From: Octopus sinensis
Taxonomy: Eukaryota
DNA: 64,000 nt
Assembly: GCF_006345805.1 (NCBI RefSeq)
Contig: NC_042998.1
Coordinates: 118,110,001 to 118,174,000 of the forward strand
Reading direction: 5' to 3'
A model generated the notes under the pieces. That model had not been told where the DNA came from. It was given only the letters and a program-made list of their open reading frames with translations, and did no database searches. Below, in pieces: positions 24,333 through 37,831 of the stretch. A program made the position numbers and the translations under genes. Every line of letters starts with the position of its first letter. Positions within the stretch are counted from its first letter, which is position 1.

Positions 24333-24356
24333 ATATATATATACATACATATATAC

Positions 24357-24437
<81 letters not shown>

Positions 24438-24455
24438 GTATATATATGTGTGTAT

Positions 24456-24498
<43 letters not shown>

Positions 24499-24510
24499 TA
24501 TATATATATT
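24240..24510. repeat. Long (TA)n microsatellite
   Basis: Direct reading; source of the YI-repeat ORFs. Confidence 0.97.
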
Positions 24511-24866
24511 GATGGTGAGGCATAAATATATTTGTGTGAGATGCAGTTTATGTATATAAATTTCCATATCATCAGAATTTGGTGGAAATATAATGAAAAG
24601 TAAATCATCGATTAACAATGAAGATCGTCTGAAATATACATCAGTACAGTTCCGTAAGCTGAATACCCAACTTCATCAAAAAATTGCTAAGCATCACAAA
24701 TGGACTAATTATGTTCGCATCTCTTTTTCACACTGGCTCTTTTCCATTCTCCTTTCTTTCACATGTCTGTATGTCTGTACCTGTGTCTTTGGATATATAC
24801 GTGCGTTTATACATACATATATATACATACTTATATAGACACATATACATATATATATGTATATGC

Positions 24867-24928
<62 letters not shown>

Positions 24929-25641
24929 ATACACACACACATACACGCGCATACACACATACACATGGCTGTATTTACATAAAATATATAAAGTGAAATC
25001 ATCATTAGGACAGTGGAAGAGAGTGAAAGCATGCTTAAAGAGAGAGAGAGAGAGAGAGAGAAAAGAAAGCGTGAGAGAGAAAGAAAGTGGGAGAGAAAGA
25101 GAGAGACAGAGGGAGAGACAAACAGATAGACAGACAAAGAAACAGACAGAGTGGGAAAGAATGTCTTAATATGTTGATGCAAAACGAGACAGCGTTGAGA
25201 GTGAAGGGGCAAACCAGTGAAAATGATATCAATGAAGAGAATATTAGAAATGACAGTAATGGGAAAATGAACAGTCTTCGAAGAAACTTCATCAAAGAAA
25301 ACTATGTGTCACGTAACAAACTGGAAAGAGCATACACCATATGTTATAAAACATAAAAACAAAGACATAATGTAATTTAGCTTAATAATATAAAATTCAT
25401 GGCATGTAACAATCGTTATCTTAGTTTGATGTTCGATACGTTGCAGACACATTTAAAGTATATATACGTTAGCAGAAATGTAATAATACTGCGCCAAAGA
25501 CCATGGCGGAACCAATGTAATGGGCAACTTCAACCGTGATATGCATACATATATATATATATATTTACATATACATATACGGGCGTGTGTGAATATGTAC
25601 ATGTAAATATACGTGTATGTATGCGTACGTATATATATATA

Positions 25642-25684
<43 letters not shown>

Positions 25685-25799
25685 TATGCGTGTATGCTTG
25701 TCTGTGTGTGTGTACTATGGTATTATTGCGCTACTGTGAAAAGCCACACACTTTAGTTTTCATAGATTTTTCCACTATTGCGTTTTTCTTGTTGTTGAC

Positions 25800-26150
25800 C
25801 CCAACTGAGGATTGTCCCAGAGACCTTCAAGCAAACGTGTCGCAGCCTTACAGATCCAATTTTTACTTAAATGCAAAGAATCAAGGGCCATATTTTCCAA
25901 TGCCTTCTTTTCTATTAGAAGGATTTGATTTTTAGCTGTGTTCAGCCCATATTTGTATTTTGTGGGTCACCGGTGTATAACCTTCTTCATTGTATAGTTC
26001 TGCTATTGTATTTTCACTGCATTGAATATATTAACATATGCCTAATATATTAACAATGTGTATTAGTGTTCTTTTGTGTAACCTGTGTATACTTGCATGT
26101 CCTGGGAATTTAGTTACGTTTTTGCAAGCTATTATTAATCGCTTCCGTCC
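25800..26150 (-). mobile_element. Possible highly decayed Penelope-like RT fragment
   Basis: Minus-strand remnants HRLHK.TLIHIV (KIHK..PLRPIV-like), LYTGDP (LFTNVP-like) and FFAFK..RSLGQ (F.F..Q..G..MGSPLGP-like), in the expected order. Confidence 0.3.
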
Positions 26151-26809
26151 TCTACCCTACACTGAACTATCCATACGTAAATATTATCATAGAATTTTCA
26201 TTTCTATCGATTATATTTGAAATGGATATTAGGAGATATATCTTGCTTGCGATAATGACATTCATATCCGGACAACAGCTTAATCTACTGGTCTGCAGCC
26301 TTTCCCATCCTCCACAGTTCACTCATGTAACCATTATTCACTTTTCTATCTTATGATACTATACCATCCTGTTTCTCGTACCTGTCCACTAGCCATGGCG
26401 CAAGCTGCTGTTTGGTGGACTAGATGCAAAGACCTTGAGACGTTCGTCTTCGATCAGGCTATCACCCACGTTTTAGTTTCGTGAAAGGTAAATAAGTGAG
26501 GCAAACGAAGTCAGGATTAGTATCCTTTTTGGAGGTGTCCATAAGTATCCATTAAAGATCAGACTCATATTGAGGAATTTATATAAACATTTATTGTTAT
26601 GATGTACATTCCAAATGATATGAGACTTTTCTTAGGAAACGTAGATAAAACTGTGCTAGATTATTGCAGTTTTAGTATATAATTACTATACATCTAGTAA
26701 TCGGACCACCATCTTTTGTTATTCCGGGTAGAAAGAGACGGTTGTAACGGTACATTGAACCAATCCTGTTAAACATAGATAGTCACACTTGACTGTTTGC
26801 ATAATGCAG

Positions 26810-27320
26810 TCCGAACGTCTGGAAGCTCGCTATACAATAAAATTTTGTGTGAAACTGAGCGAAAAAACAATGGAAACTTATGAAATGCACCAGATTGCTT
26901 GCGGGTTAACATTTTTCTTTAGCACAAGAAGTTCAAGCAACGTATAGAGGAGGTGAGAGATGATGAGAGGTGTGTTTATGAGGAGAAGAGGAAAGTTAGA
27001 CCATCAGAAATAGTGGAAAAATTTCGAAATTTTCTGGATGAAGACTGTCGTGTGTCTATAATGACAATAAATTCTTAGTGGATGTGACAACTGTGCACAG
27101 GATTAATTATGAAGATCTGAACATTCTCAAAATTTGTGCAAAGCTTGTTTCTGATCACCAACTACTCGAAAGAGATGTGCATCGAAACTGTCCCTCACGT
27201 TCCTACAGTTAAGACCTTGATCCCTGGAATGTTTGTCGTCCACTAAGCTGACGATGAACCTCAGAAGCAGTTCTTTTAAAATGAAGAATGCTGTGATAGC
27301 TGCCCTGCACACCTTCTCTT
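26810..27320 (+). mobile_element. Mariner fragment, internally deleted
   Basis: LEARYTIKFCVKL, EEVRDDER, EIVEKFRNFLDEDCRVSI, TVHRI.YEDLNILKICAK, then TVPHVP.S.DL.P (HPPYSPDLAP-like). Confidence 0.75.
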
Positions 27321-28559
27321 GCTGGTAGTAAGTAAGACTGAAACAAATGCTTAGTGATATTTGTCCTGGTTTTCTGTTCCTTGTTCACATTTTACCGAGG
27401 ACGAATTTGTCAATCATTCTTTCGGGGTCGATAAAATAAGTACCGGCTGATTGCTGGTCCTTTGCCTACAAAATTTATGGTCTTGTCTCTATAGTAGAAA
27501 TAACTATTAATATTGATATTGGTGATAATGGTAATAGTTGCCTGTGTAAATTATTTTAATCTGCTACCCATCTATATTAATTGTGCTCTGCTTGTATCAT
27601 ATCACTCTTATTTATGCCACATCATGTTCTTCTATTTATAGACTATTTGTGTCTTTCTTTGTCTCCATGAAGCCTGACAAAGAATTAATTCTCCATAATG
27701 ATTGTCAGTTTAAATGTATTTCCCCATGTTCTCGTTCTACATTGAGCTATTGCTTTCTCTCATCTTTCACTCCTATTTATGCTCCACTATTTATATTTCT
27801 CTTCTCTTTTCTCTCATTTGAATTTATTTTTCGACGCCCGTACTTCTTTTTACTGCTCTAAATGAGGTACGTATAAGCTCCACCAGCACCGCCACCGTCA
27901 CATGTCTATCCTCATTTTATACCCTAGTAGTACACGTGACAGTGGCATCCTCACACTACTAAATAAAACGGAGGAAATCTCACCAATTGAATGGATGATG
28001 TCCACACAACATCCAGGACACAGGCTGTCTACGACTAAAAACAAAACCTCACTGCAGATGTTAGGTGAGGAGATTGTTTTCTTTATTTGGGCACACCACA
28101 AGGCGAGAAAACTCTGTGAAACTGCAGATGAACTCACGACAGTTAAGGCAGTTAAAATAATATGCTTCTTTATTAGCCACACAGGGCTGCACACGGACGG
28201 GACAGATTACAAAGTAGAGCTTGGGGGGGGGGAGAAAAAATAGTGGGGAAGGTTTCCGATCAAATGGATCGTAAAAGGGAAAGAAAAAAAAGGGAACGAA
28301 AAAAAAACGATCACTAGGGATCGTGTATCAGTATCTTCTTATTAGTGATGCATTCCGCTGAGCTCTACCATGTCTTTCATAATTACACGGCCAATGAAAA
28401 TATACCATTCGGTATCTGTAGTCGACCTAATTAACTAACCACCTGCATCCCAAAAATTCAGGCCTTGTGTCTATATTAGAAAAATTATTATCGTTGATGT
28501 TGGCCTCAAGCCAAAATTTCAAAATTTTAAGAAGACAATAAAACTAATGGCGACATAAC

Positions 28560-30305
28560 AGATGAACAAAAGGCAATCTACGACAGAATAAATGTAAGGC
28601 TACAGGAGAACGATAGTGACATTATTTGCAACTTTAAAAGATTTGACTGATGAAAATTGAACCAAGAAACGAAAAATGTCAATGAAATTCTGAAATACAT
28701 CAGAACAAACAACATCACAGAAACAAATAATTTGATCAATGCAGCAAGTATTGTTGTAGCAGGAAACGTGGGTGTTGATGTCAAGAAAAAAATATTATGG
28801 GAGTAACAAAAGAAAAGATCCATGGTGGAAAAGAAGCATATAGGCAGGGTTAGATATGTTCTCAAAGGAAATTTCTGTGTTAAACCGAAGAGACAAAGTG
28901 GAGCTTAAAAGCGAAGAAAAATACACGGCAGTGAAAAAGAAGTATAATATTGAAATAAAGGGCCTGAAGGTATTAGTGGAGGACTGAAACAGAGCATTGT
29001 TGCAAAAAAGCAAAGATGATAAGATACGACCAAAGAATGACGAGTTACCACCAGAAAAAAATTATTCAGAGTAGATCAGAACAGATTCTATAAAGAAATA
29101 AATGGAGAGTGTACAGAGGAAAAGTTGATACCAGATAACATTGAAAGTCAAAGGTTTTTGAGTGACATCTCGAGCAAAGACAAGGAGCACAAGAAGCCTG
29201 TTGAATGGTTGCAAGAACTGAAACAAACAGTAGTCTGTAAAAAACAAGCAGAACTAGTCATTTCAGTTAGGGAGGTGAAGGAAATCAGCAAAAAAATGAG
29301 CAACTGGAAGGTCCTGGGACTAGATAGAGTTCAAGACTACTGGACCAAAATATTTGGTGAATGTCATGCCCGAATAGATGCGCAACTCAACACCTTGTTA
29401 AATGCTGACCAAACAACACCAGAGTGGTTGACATTGAGTAGGACATTGCTGTGCCTGAAAAACATCGAAAAAGGAAATACGGTAGACAATTACTTATGTA
29501 GAATATATTGACTGGAATACTCGCAGTCAATGTAGGAACATCTGGAAAAAATGGAGTCCTGCCACATAAGTAGAAGCGTTGCAAACGTAAGCGCAGCGGT
29601 ACCAAGGATCAACTCCTGATAGACAAAACTGTACTTAGAAATGCAAGAGGAGGAAAAGTAACTCAGCCATGTCATTGATCGACTATCGTAAGGCGTACGA
29701 TGATCCCACATTCTTGGATTATGGAATGTATGAACCTATTTGGTGTCGCATCGAATGTTGAGCGATTGCTTGGAAAAAATATAGCGAATTGGAGGATGGA
29801 CCTGACAGCATACGGAAGAAGCTTAGGGAAAGTAGAAATTAGGAAGGGCATCTTCCAAGGGGACTGCCAATCACCACTATCTTTCTACTGTGCTTGATAC
29901 CACTAACATTGATTCTGAGGAACGCAAAAGCTGAGTATGTACTCAAAAGCCTCCAACAAAGACTCGATGATTTGTTATTCATTGATGACCTCAAACTTTA
30001 TGGTAAAGATGAAGCTCAAGTAACTTCCTTCGTTGATACAGTGTATACCTTCAGTGCTGATATCAGAATGGATTTAGGAGTGAGAGAGGCAAAATCAAAT
30101 GTATGGACGGGCAAGTAATTCGGTCGGGAGATGTTATGAAGCAGATAGAAGAGACGGGCTATAAGTACTTGGAGATATTGGAAATGGATAAATTGATAGA
30201 GAAAGAAATGGCAGAAAAATCTAAGGTGGAGTACTTGCGCAGATTAAAACTGATTCTATAGTCGAATTTAAATGGACGGAAGAAGATCGAAGCAATCAAC
30301 ACCTG
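28560..30305 (+). mobile_element. R4/Dong-clade non-LTR retrotransposon RT fragment
   Basis: NITETNNLINAASIVVA, KLFRVDQNRFYKE, NWKVLGLDRVQDYW, PEWLTLSRT, GTKDQLLIDK, IDYRKAYDMIPHSWI, GIFQGDCQSP, LLFIDDLKLYGK, GYKYL, KIEAINT. The sequence breaks off at 30305. Confidence 0.88.
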
Positions 30306-32528
30306 TTATAAGTGGCCCAAAGCCGCTTAGGACATTGTAAGTAAATCAAACATGTAAAGAAGCACCGTTCGAAGGAATTAACATCGCCCGCAGTGTCATT
30401 AAAACCTAGAGAGGTCCCTATTTGGAACATTGTGCTTTAAGGCGGCTGAGGGGGAAACATATTGGACCAATGCTCTATAGCGTCACGGGGGACTACGGTA
30501 GTCTCCCTTTAACCGTAGTTCTACTTTTATCCCCCACCTCACTATCCTACTTATTTATTTCCTTTCTTTGCCTACTAATCTCTCACTTCAATGTTATAAA
30601 GCATTTGTCCACCACCAACAGCCGTAACCCACGATGGTTCAAATATGGAAAACATGCTATATGCTGCTGAATTAGTATCAAATAAAAATCACCGTCTCTA
30701 TATCATACTAAATGTATGCATACCATTAGAAGTTATTAAACCCTGGATTTAATCGAAATAAAATCTCTTCATTAATCTCTCGCGTTAAAAATGCACTTTA
30801 TATAGGCGCGTGACGAATATCATCGCTGCAGTGATTCATGGGACCGACTGACACGCTTCGCTATGGTGGGGCTTGCTGTAGAAAAGGCTCGGTAACAACA
30901 TTGGATTCCTATTTACATTCAAATGATATTATTTCTGCTTTTTATAATTATGTTGTATAGGAATCTGTAGTAAGCTGAATAATTCAAGAATACTTGCCAA
31001 GGCACTTCCTTCACGACACACACTATATTTAGATCTTTGTATCTCAACATTGCTTTGAACATCTAGAATGAGTTAATATAGACTTGAATTTTAGTGTAAT
31101 GTTCAAATCGAATGGTGGTGCCTAGTAACTATAAATCATTGTTTAAAATTATAAAATGCATTTAAATCCCAGTAGCTGCTGTACTTCGCTCACGTATAAC
31201 ATTATCCATTAATTTGTTTAACAAGTCATCTTAAATTTAAGTTCATGTACATTATATTTCTTTGGGACGTTATAGACATGAGTGAGGTGCCTTAATTATA
31301 TATAGAATCACGTCTGATCTATTGCTAGGTCAAACAGCTCAACTTCGACTGATTTATATCTAATACAGCAGGGATATCGCATGACTTTGACACAGTTCTG
31401 GCATACAGGAGATTCACGCAACCGTTTTATCTGATACGACAGAACGTAGAAGAACCATATATTATGTACGACAAAGCTGAAGCGGTATAATATATTACAT
31501 TATGATCGCTAACTTGGTAACAGTTACCATTCTTGCCGACTATAACGTTTCATGCTCAACGAAAAAAATCTATTTTTCCGAAGGACAGTAACTTCGATAA
31601 TTTTTTATATATTTACACATATTTTTTGCAGTGAAATAGAAAATCAATGAGCAGAGGTAGATTATGCTGTGTGAGAAGCAGAAAATATTATTATTTCTTC
31701 CTACTTTCCAATTATCTTAGTCGAAAATAGTTGCTAAATGTGTCTTAACACTTCAGTGGGTAGGCAGAATACATGATATGCAAGCATGGTGCATTGCAGT
31801 GATCTTTTAACAAACAGAGATATAATCTTTAAATCAGAGGCCATAAATGATTTAATCTTAGTCAAATACTCCACTCTTTGGGGGATACAAAGTTTATGGG
31901 CTGGATTCAATACATTGGTTTCTATTTAACAAGGAGCGATCAACCTAAATGGTCAGTAAATTTGTAAAGATCGTGCATTTTCAAATCTTACAAGCACAAA
32001 TGAGACTGTGATGTTTTATCGGTGAGGCTGACTATAAACTGGGTGATCTATGGTGCGGGACAAAGCAAAATTCAATACATCGATTTTATACATAGCAGGT
32101 ATTATGTGCAAATGGGAACGTACTAAACTTTATTTGTTCTTGATTTCAAATGCGAACCTTACTCATGTGTTCAATTCTCTACACAGACAATCACTTATTT
32201 TCACCTTTCATAGTTTAATCAATTCACTGTTGTAATGTCCCTATTAATAAACAGAAATGAAGAAACTATAGTTTTTATTGCCATCAGAAATATATCTACA
32301 CACATACATACGTACATACATACATAAATCAATAACACCAGCAACTTCTGAAACGAGGAAATCAAATTCTCGTCTTTATCATGGATTACTAAATATTTTT
32401 AGAGTGATCAATGGTGATATTTCACACCAAATTCCGTATATTTTAATCCTAACACTGAATGGCTGAAAGATATTATCGACACAAGAAAACTAAACTATAT
32501 GTGTTTGTTTGTGTGTCTGTTTTCGTTC

Positions 32529-32607
<79 letters not shown>

Positions 32608-33579
32608 CAACATAAATCCACCCGTGTTAATATACCTATTAGTTTTCTATTCTAGTGCGATGAAGTTTCCCGGTATAATTTCATAAAGAAATACACGAAC
32701 CTGACAGCACCCAATTTGTGCTAACTAAAACATATAACATTTTTAATAGAGCGGGCAAATGTTATCCCATTTTGAGCTGAGGTTGATATATAACATGAGA
32801 GCAACTGATAGTAAATCAAAACATAGCATAGAATTCAACTGCATGTTTACATACATACACAAATACAAACTTACAATCCGCTATCAATGTGTGTGCGTGT
32901 GTGTGTGTGTGTGAATATATGTATGTATATACATAAGCAGACAGCTATGTGTGTGTGCGCGTACACACACGTACACACACACATGTGTACATATTTATAT
33001 ATAAGCATATAGATATATATATTTATAAGACACCAAAGTGTACGTATGTCGCTCTATATTTTATAAATAAAATGGGACAAGAACGCAAAACATCCAGAGA
33101 GTTAAGTGATACAAAAAGAGGGCCGGAAACCATCTAGATAGACGATACAAAAAGAACAAGGATGGGTCATTCGGAGTTTTCTTTCCTCAGTCGAGTTCGA
33201 GATTATCTTTGCAATTTCGGCTGGTTATACTTGAGAGTGTTCCAATCTGCCCAGTCCAAAGGAAGAACTAAGCTAAGAGCATTAGATTCCTTGGAGGAAA
33301 GCACTGAATGTAAACGAAAACATGGATGGAAAAAACGGACAATGTTACACAAACACAAATATACATTTATATGCAGACATATATATGTGAGTGTACTCAT
33401 TTGTATCTCTGTTTGACGGTTATCTGTGAAATGTCATAGTGCGTTCAAATTATAACTTAGATTTCCGATAATAGAGAGTGATGCAGTATATTTCATTTCA
33501 TGATGATAATTCTCGTGCCTCTTGTCTCATGATGGGTTTATGACAAGTTGTCTGTATTTGTTATTAACATTCTGAAGAC

Positions 33580-33785
33580 AGGTAGCTGGCAGAATCGTCA
33601 GCACGCAGAGCAAAATGTTTCGCGACACTACTTCCAGTTTTGCTTTCTAAGTTCAAATTTAGCCGAGGTCGGAGTTACCTGCAATTTTTTCAGAGGTTAT
33701 AAGTTAAGTACCTGTTTAACACTGAGCTCGACTTGATTGTCTAGCCCCTCCCAGAAAGTTCCAGACATTGTTCCTATAGTAGAAC
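33580..33785 (+). mobile_element. SINE family B copy (diverged)
   Basis: AGCTGGCAGAATCGTCAGCACG..AAGTTCAAATTTAGCCGAGGTCG..TAAGTTAAGTACC..TATAGTAGAA aligns with 51509-51908. Confidence 0.8.
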
Positions 33786-34790
33786 GGCTCGTAAACATAT
33801 TGACCCTCCTGATATATATCAAGACACCATACGTGCTACATTGAAAAACACTTTGCGATCAGTTTGACCGACGCAACAGATTTATGACCCAGCATAGATG
33901 CATTCAATATTCTACAACCGGCGACACAGTTTACATATATTCTAGCATATGTCCTGATGTAAATACTCTCGCCCAAATGGATTTAATTTTACATTGAGAT
34001 CAAGTGAAATACATACCATATAATATGACTGGATTACCGAATTGATATTTCAGAGTCAATAAACATAGTACCTATAAAATATATAAATAGAAAGAGAGGA
34101 CTCTAAACGCTGCATATCGATTATTTAGTATATTCTTGGGAATATTTCAGACAAATTCATATTTCAAGCATGCTATGCTAGAATCTACACATCTTGCCTC
34201 TGGCACTTCAGAATCTTAACAAAATCAATATTATCGACAAATGAAATTGCCCGCATCTCATTTGAAGTTTTCAGTAAAGACGCCTACCTATAGGCCATCT
34301 GTCTCATATTTTAGGCTGCAACAGACCTTTCCTAATCCTTCATCACATCATCTCTCAACTGGTACCTTTGCAAGAAATGTTTCACTTTATGGCAGGGTAG
34401 TCTATCTCACCTAAAATATTTGAGTTAAATAATTATCTCTTCTACCAAGAAAGACGTGAATTAACGACTACTCGAACTTTCTCATACATAATTAGTTATA
34501 ACATTTAGTACTTATCTTCACGGCACAGACATAATACAAACACCAGCGTAGTGATATCTATATTTACTTAGAGCTTGAAAACTACTCAAAATAAGACAAA
34601 ATTATGAAGGGAAGGGCTCAGAAAATATTTGATGTAGTTTTTGTTTTATATCAGGAAATGAATCAACGAACACCCAATGTGAAAAAATTGGGGATAAACC
34701 CAGAATCTATTTCCCTTTCCAGGAACTGTTGTTTTAATTTTCCTATTTTCCAATAGTGTTCTCTGTCTATCATTTGAACTTCATCCTACA

Positions 34791-34860
34791 GGGGGAAGAG
34801 CAACTGAGGAGCGTGGTGGTAGAGTTTGGAAGAGTGTGTGGAAGAGTGGAAGTGAACGTA
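34791..34860 (+). mobile_element. Short RTE-group LINE RT fragment
   Basis: GEEQLRSVVVEFGRVCGRVEVNV resembles the RTE motif SEE.L..LV.EFGRVC.RRKL.VNV just after YADD. Confidence 0.5.
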
Positions 34861-34865
34861 TTTTT

Positions 34866-35143
34866 TCTATCTGTCTGTTTTGCCGAGCCGCTAAGTTTCG
34901 GTGTCGTAAACACACCAACACTGGTTGTAAATATGTGGGGGGCAACACAGACACAAAGATGCACACACATAGATGTATACAAATATACACGACATGCTCC
35001 TTCTAGGTTCTGTCTACCAAATCCACTCATAAGGATTTAGTTGGCCCGACGCTATAGTAGAAGACACTCGCCCAAGGCAACACGTAGTGGGACTGAACCC
35101 GGAACCATGTGATTGAGAATTAAGCTTCTTACCACACAGCCAC
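34866..35143 (-). mobile_element. tRNA-derived SINE family A
   Basis: The minus strand head GTGGCTGTGTGGTAAG (A-box-like) and GGTTCAGTCCC (B-box) is followed by CCTTGGGCGAGTGTCTTCTACTATAGC. Homologous to 40138-40492. Confidence 0.88.
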
Positions 35144-36104
35144 ATATACACATGCAGAGAGATATACTGACTGATAAATTGATTCATAGATGAAAACATA
35201 GATACATAGACAGAGAAACAAATTTACGACGAAACTACAAAGGATTTGGAATCCTATAAAAACATCAGTTAAAAATTCATACTTCTTTTTTTCAGATATT
35301 TTCATTGATTATATTGTAAAGAATACATTAGAGATACACAATTTATTGCGTTGAGAATTGATATGGTTAATAGTAATAATCATTTCTACCTGCATTTCTT
35401 TCAACAGTAGTTGAGAAGCGTTGATAATATATGTATTATTTCTGCACAGCCCGTATGTATCCTTTCAGAATTTTTCTAAAATACTGTATGCACGTTTGGT
35501 TAAATTAAATAGTCGTCTCGTCACACGCAGTTGTTATCTTATACTTTACATTACTTATAATTTCTTTAAAAAATTGTCCTTTATGTTTTTAGGAGTAATA
35601 CATCTTCGAGAAAGGCAATAAAAACCGTATATATCTACGATATTATTTTTCCGTTAATCATTAAGGATATTTTAAATCATCGTCATTTTTTCCAAATCAC
35701 ACGAGGAAAATAAATTAAAAGTATGTAAGAAATATATGAAATCCACATGGAAATGACATCTAATTCTTTAATGACGGTTGAATCACATCAGGTAAATTGC
35801 CAACAGAATTAGTGCGCATATACTATATATTCCCTTGCATATACCACACATTTTTTAGATATCATTTTTGCTTACCTTATAATAGATTGTAAAAGCAAGT
35901 TGTTATTTATGCAACAGACAAATCATTTATAAGAATTTGTCACGATGTTCTTTCCGAAAGGGTAATATATTATCTAGATTACTGCTTAGGAAGAGAATCT
36001 ATCAGAAGCTTTATCAGATGGTTAAAATCACGAGGCAAAAATACAAGTGTCTAATTATCAGTTTCGAATTGTATTTAGTTCAAAAATACGTCGATTCAGT
36101 ATAG

Positions 36105-36148
<44 letters not shown>

Positions 36149-36429
36149 CTATACTGAATCTCTGAGCGAGAGGTAAACACTAGCAGTAGGAGTTGTAAAG
36201 TATATATATATATATTATATATATATATATATACACACGAAACGATGTATTTTTGTACTAAATGCAATTCGAGACTGTTAATTAGACACTTGTATTTTCG
36301 CCTCCAGATTATTACCATCTGATAAGGTCTCTAAGAGATTCCGTTCCTAAAAAGTCTTTAAAATAATACTTTATCCTTTGAAATATGTATTCATACATAC
36401 ATACATACATGCATACATACATACATACA

Positions 36430-36506
<77 letters not shown>

Positions 36507-36593
36507 TATTCGAGACAAAACCACTATTTTGCAAAACAAACAAGGAAAGACTTAATCAATACATAAAATTTTAATAAATAGTCAAAAAAACCG

Positions 36594-36636
36594 CCACTAC
36601 AATCGTTTCTTGTCTTGATCGACAATCTTCAGGTGG
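36594..36636 (-). ncRNA. Intact minimal type I hammerhead ribozyme (mirror copy)
   Basis: Exact reverse complement of 36711-36753. Confidence 0.85.
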
Positions 36637-36710
36637 ACTTCCAATAATTCAGTGTCAAATTATGAAGTCATAATTATGACTTCATAATTTGACACTGAAT
36701 TATTGGAAGT

Positions 36711-36753
36711 CCACCTGAAGATTGTCGATCAAGACAAGAAACGATTGTAGTGG
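36711..36753 (+). ncRNA. Intact minimal type I hammerhead ribozyme
   Basis: CCAC-CTGAAGA-TTGTC-GATCAA-GACAA-GAAA-C-GATT-GTA-GTGG: canonical core, 4-bp stem I, 5-bp stem II, 2-bp stem III, GUA triplet. Predicted cleavage is after 36749. Confidence 0.85.
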
Positions 36754-36999
36754 CGGTTTTTTTGACTATTTATTAAAATTTTATGTATTGATTAAGTCTT
36801 TCCTTGTTTGTTTTGCAAAATAGTGGTTTTGTCTCCAATAATATTTTATAATATTTTACTATAAAATCGATTTAATCCTAAATCTGATTTTTTCCCTGTA
36901 AATTTGGATTTATTCCCTAATATTTATTATATATATATATATATATATATATACATGCACACACACATATGCATATATATATATATATATAGTCAATCA

Positions 37000-37440
37000 G
37001 GATATACGCATTCTGATTGAATACTCTTTGAGCCAACATGTATCTCCTTGCGACAACGTAGCCTCTAATCTAATCAAGATTGCCTTGGCCTGAAGAGTAG
37101 CCAGCGGTATGAACCTCGCTTGGATTTTACCACTTCCGAGGTTCCACTCGCTCTGAAATATATGTTGCCTGGATTTTCCTCTTGCATTATTTTTCGCACA
37201 CTGCACACCCCTGGTCGCCTACCGTGGAATATAAAAAATATCTTTTTTTTCTTTTCATCGTTCTGCGATAAAGAAAAATAATCCACAGCCTTCCATCTCA
37301 ATATAATACTATTGAGCTTGAATATTGTTTTTTGTATTTTACCTTTTACTACCAATTACTCGAAGCGAACTTTCTTCCTACACCACGATCCCTTATAAGC
37401 CTCATTATTAGACTATTTCCCTTATCCATTGCACGATGAT
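37000..37440 (-). mobile_element. Possible R1/I-group LINE C-terminal fragment
   Basis: One minus frame reads SSLRVIGS..GLFFFIAER..RQHIFQSEWNLGSGKIQARFIP..LSQGDTCW, resembling ALRV.SAY..PIDL.A.ER..WQ..W....KGR.T...IP..LSGHGCF. The frame has several stops. Confidence 0.4.
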
Positions 37441-37785
37441 CGCTATAAGTTTTAGGCTCATATAAATATCATTATTATTATTTACACTATTTACAGGTTT
37501 GGAAAACCCGGCATCTTATAAGAAAACCATTCACACCGAAAGCACATAGAAAGTTTGTTCACAAAACAACTACGAACTAATGTAGTTCTTAAAATTGACA
37601 GGAGCAGAGGGGCTAATTCGCTGGTGCAATGGGAACCTATGTAGTCCCGTTTACAAAGATATATGCGCTCGAGTCCCACGCGAGGGAGGAAACCCTAATA
37701 CTTTTCGGTCTTTTTCTTATACGCCCCATTATTAGACTGTTCTCAAAAACTATTCACCGCCTTGAATTTTTATCGCATTCTGTTA

Positions 37786-37831
<46 letters not shown>

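Larger units (their letters stand above)
36497..36850. repeat. 354-bp spacer-less palindrome (177-bp arms, one mismatch)
   Basis: The centre lies between 36673 and 36674 (CATAA|TTATG). By eye the arms pair out to 36497/36850, with the only mismatch seen at 36511/36836. Confidence 0.97.

Noticed and set aside
34866-35143. tRNA-like heads with A/B boxes (also 40138-40492, 51509-51908, 19515-19923)
   Set aside because: No complete cloverleaf, and each continues into a shared repeat body, so they are SINEs rather than tRNA genes.
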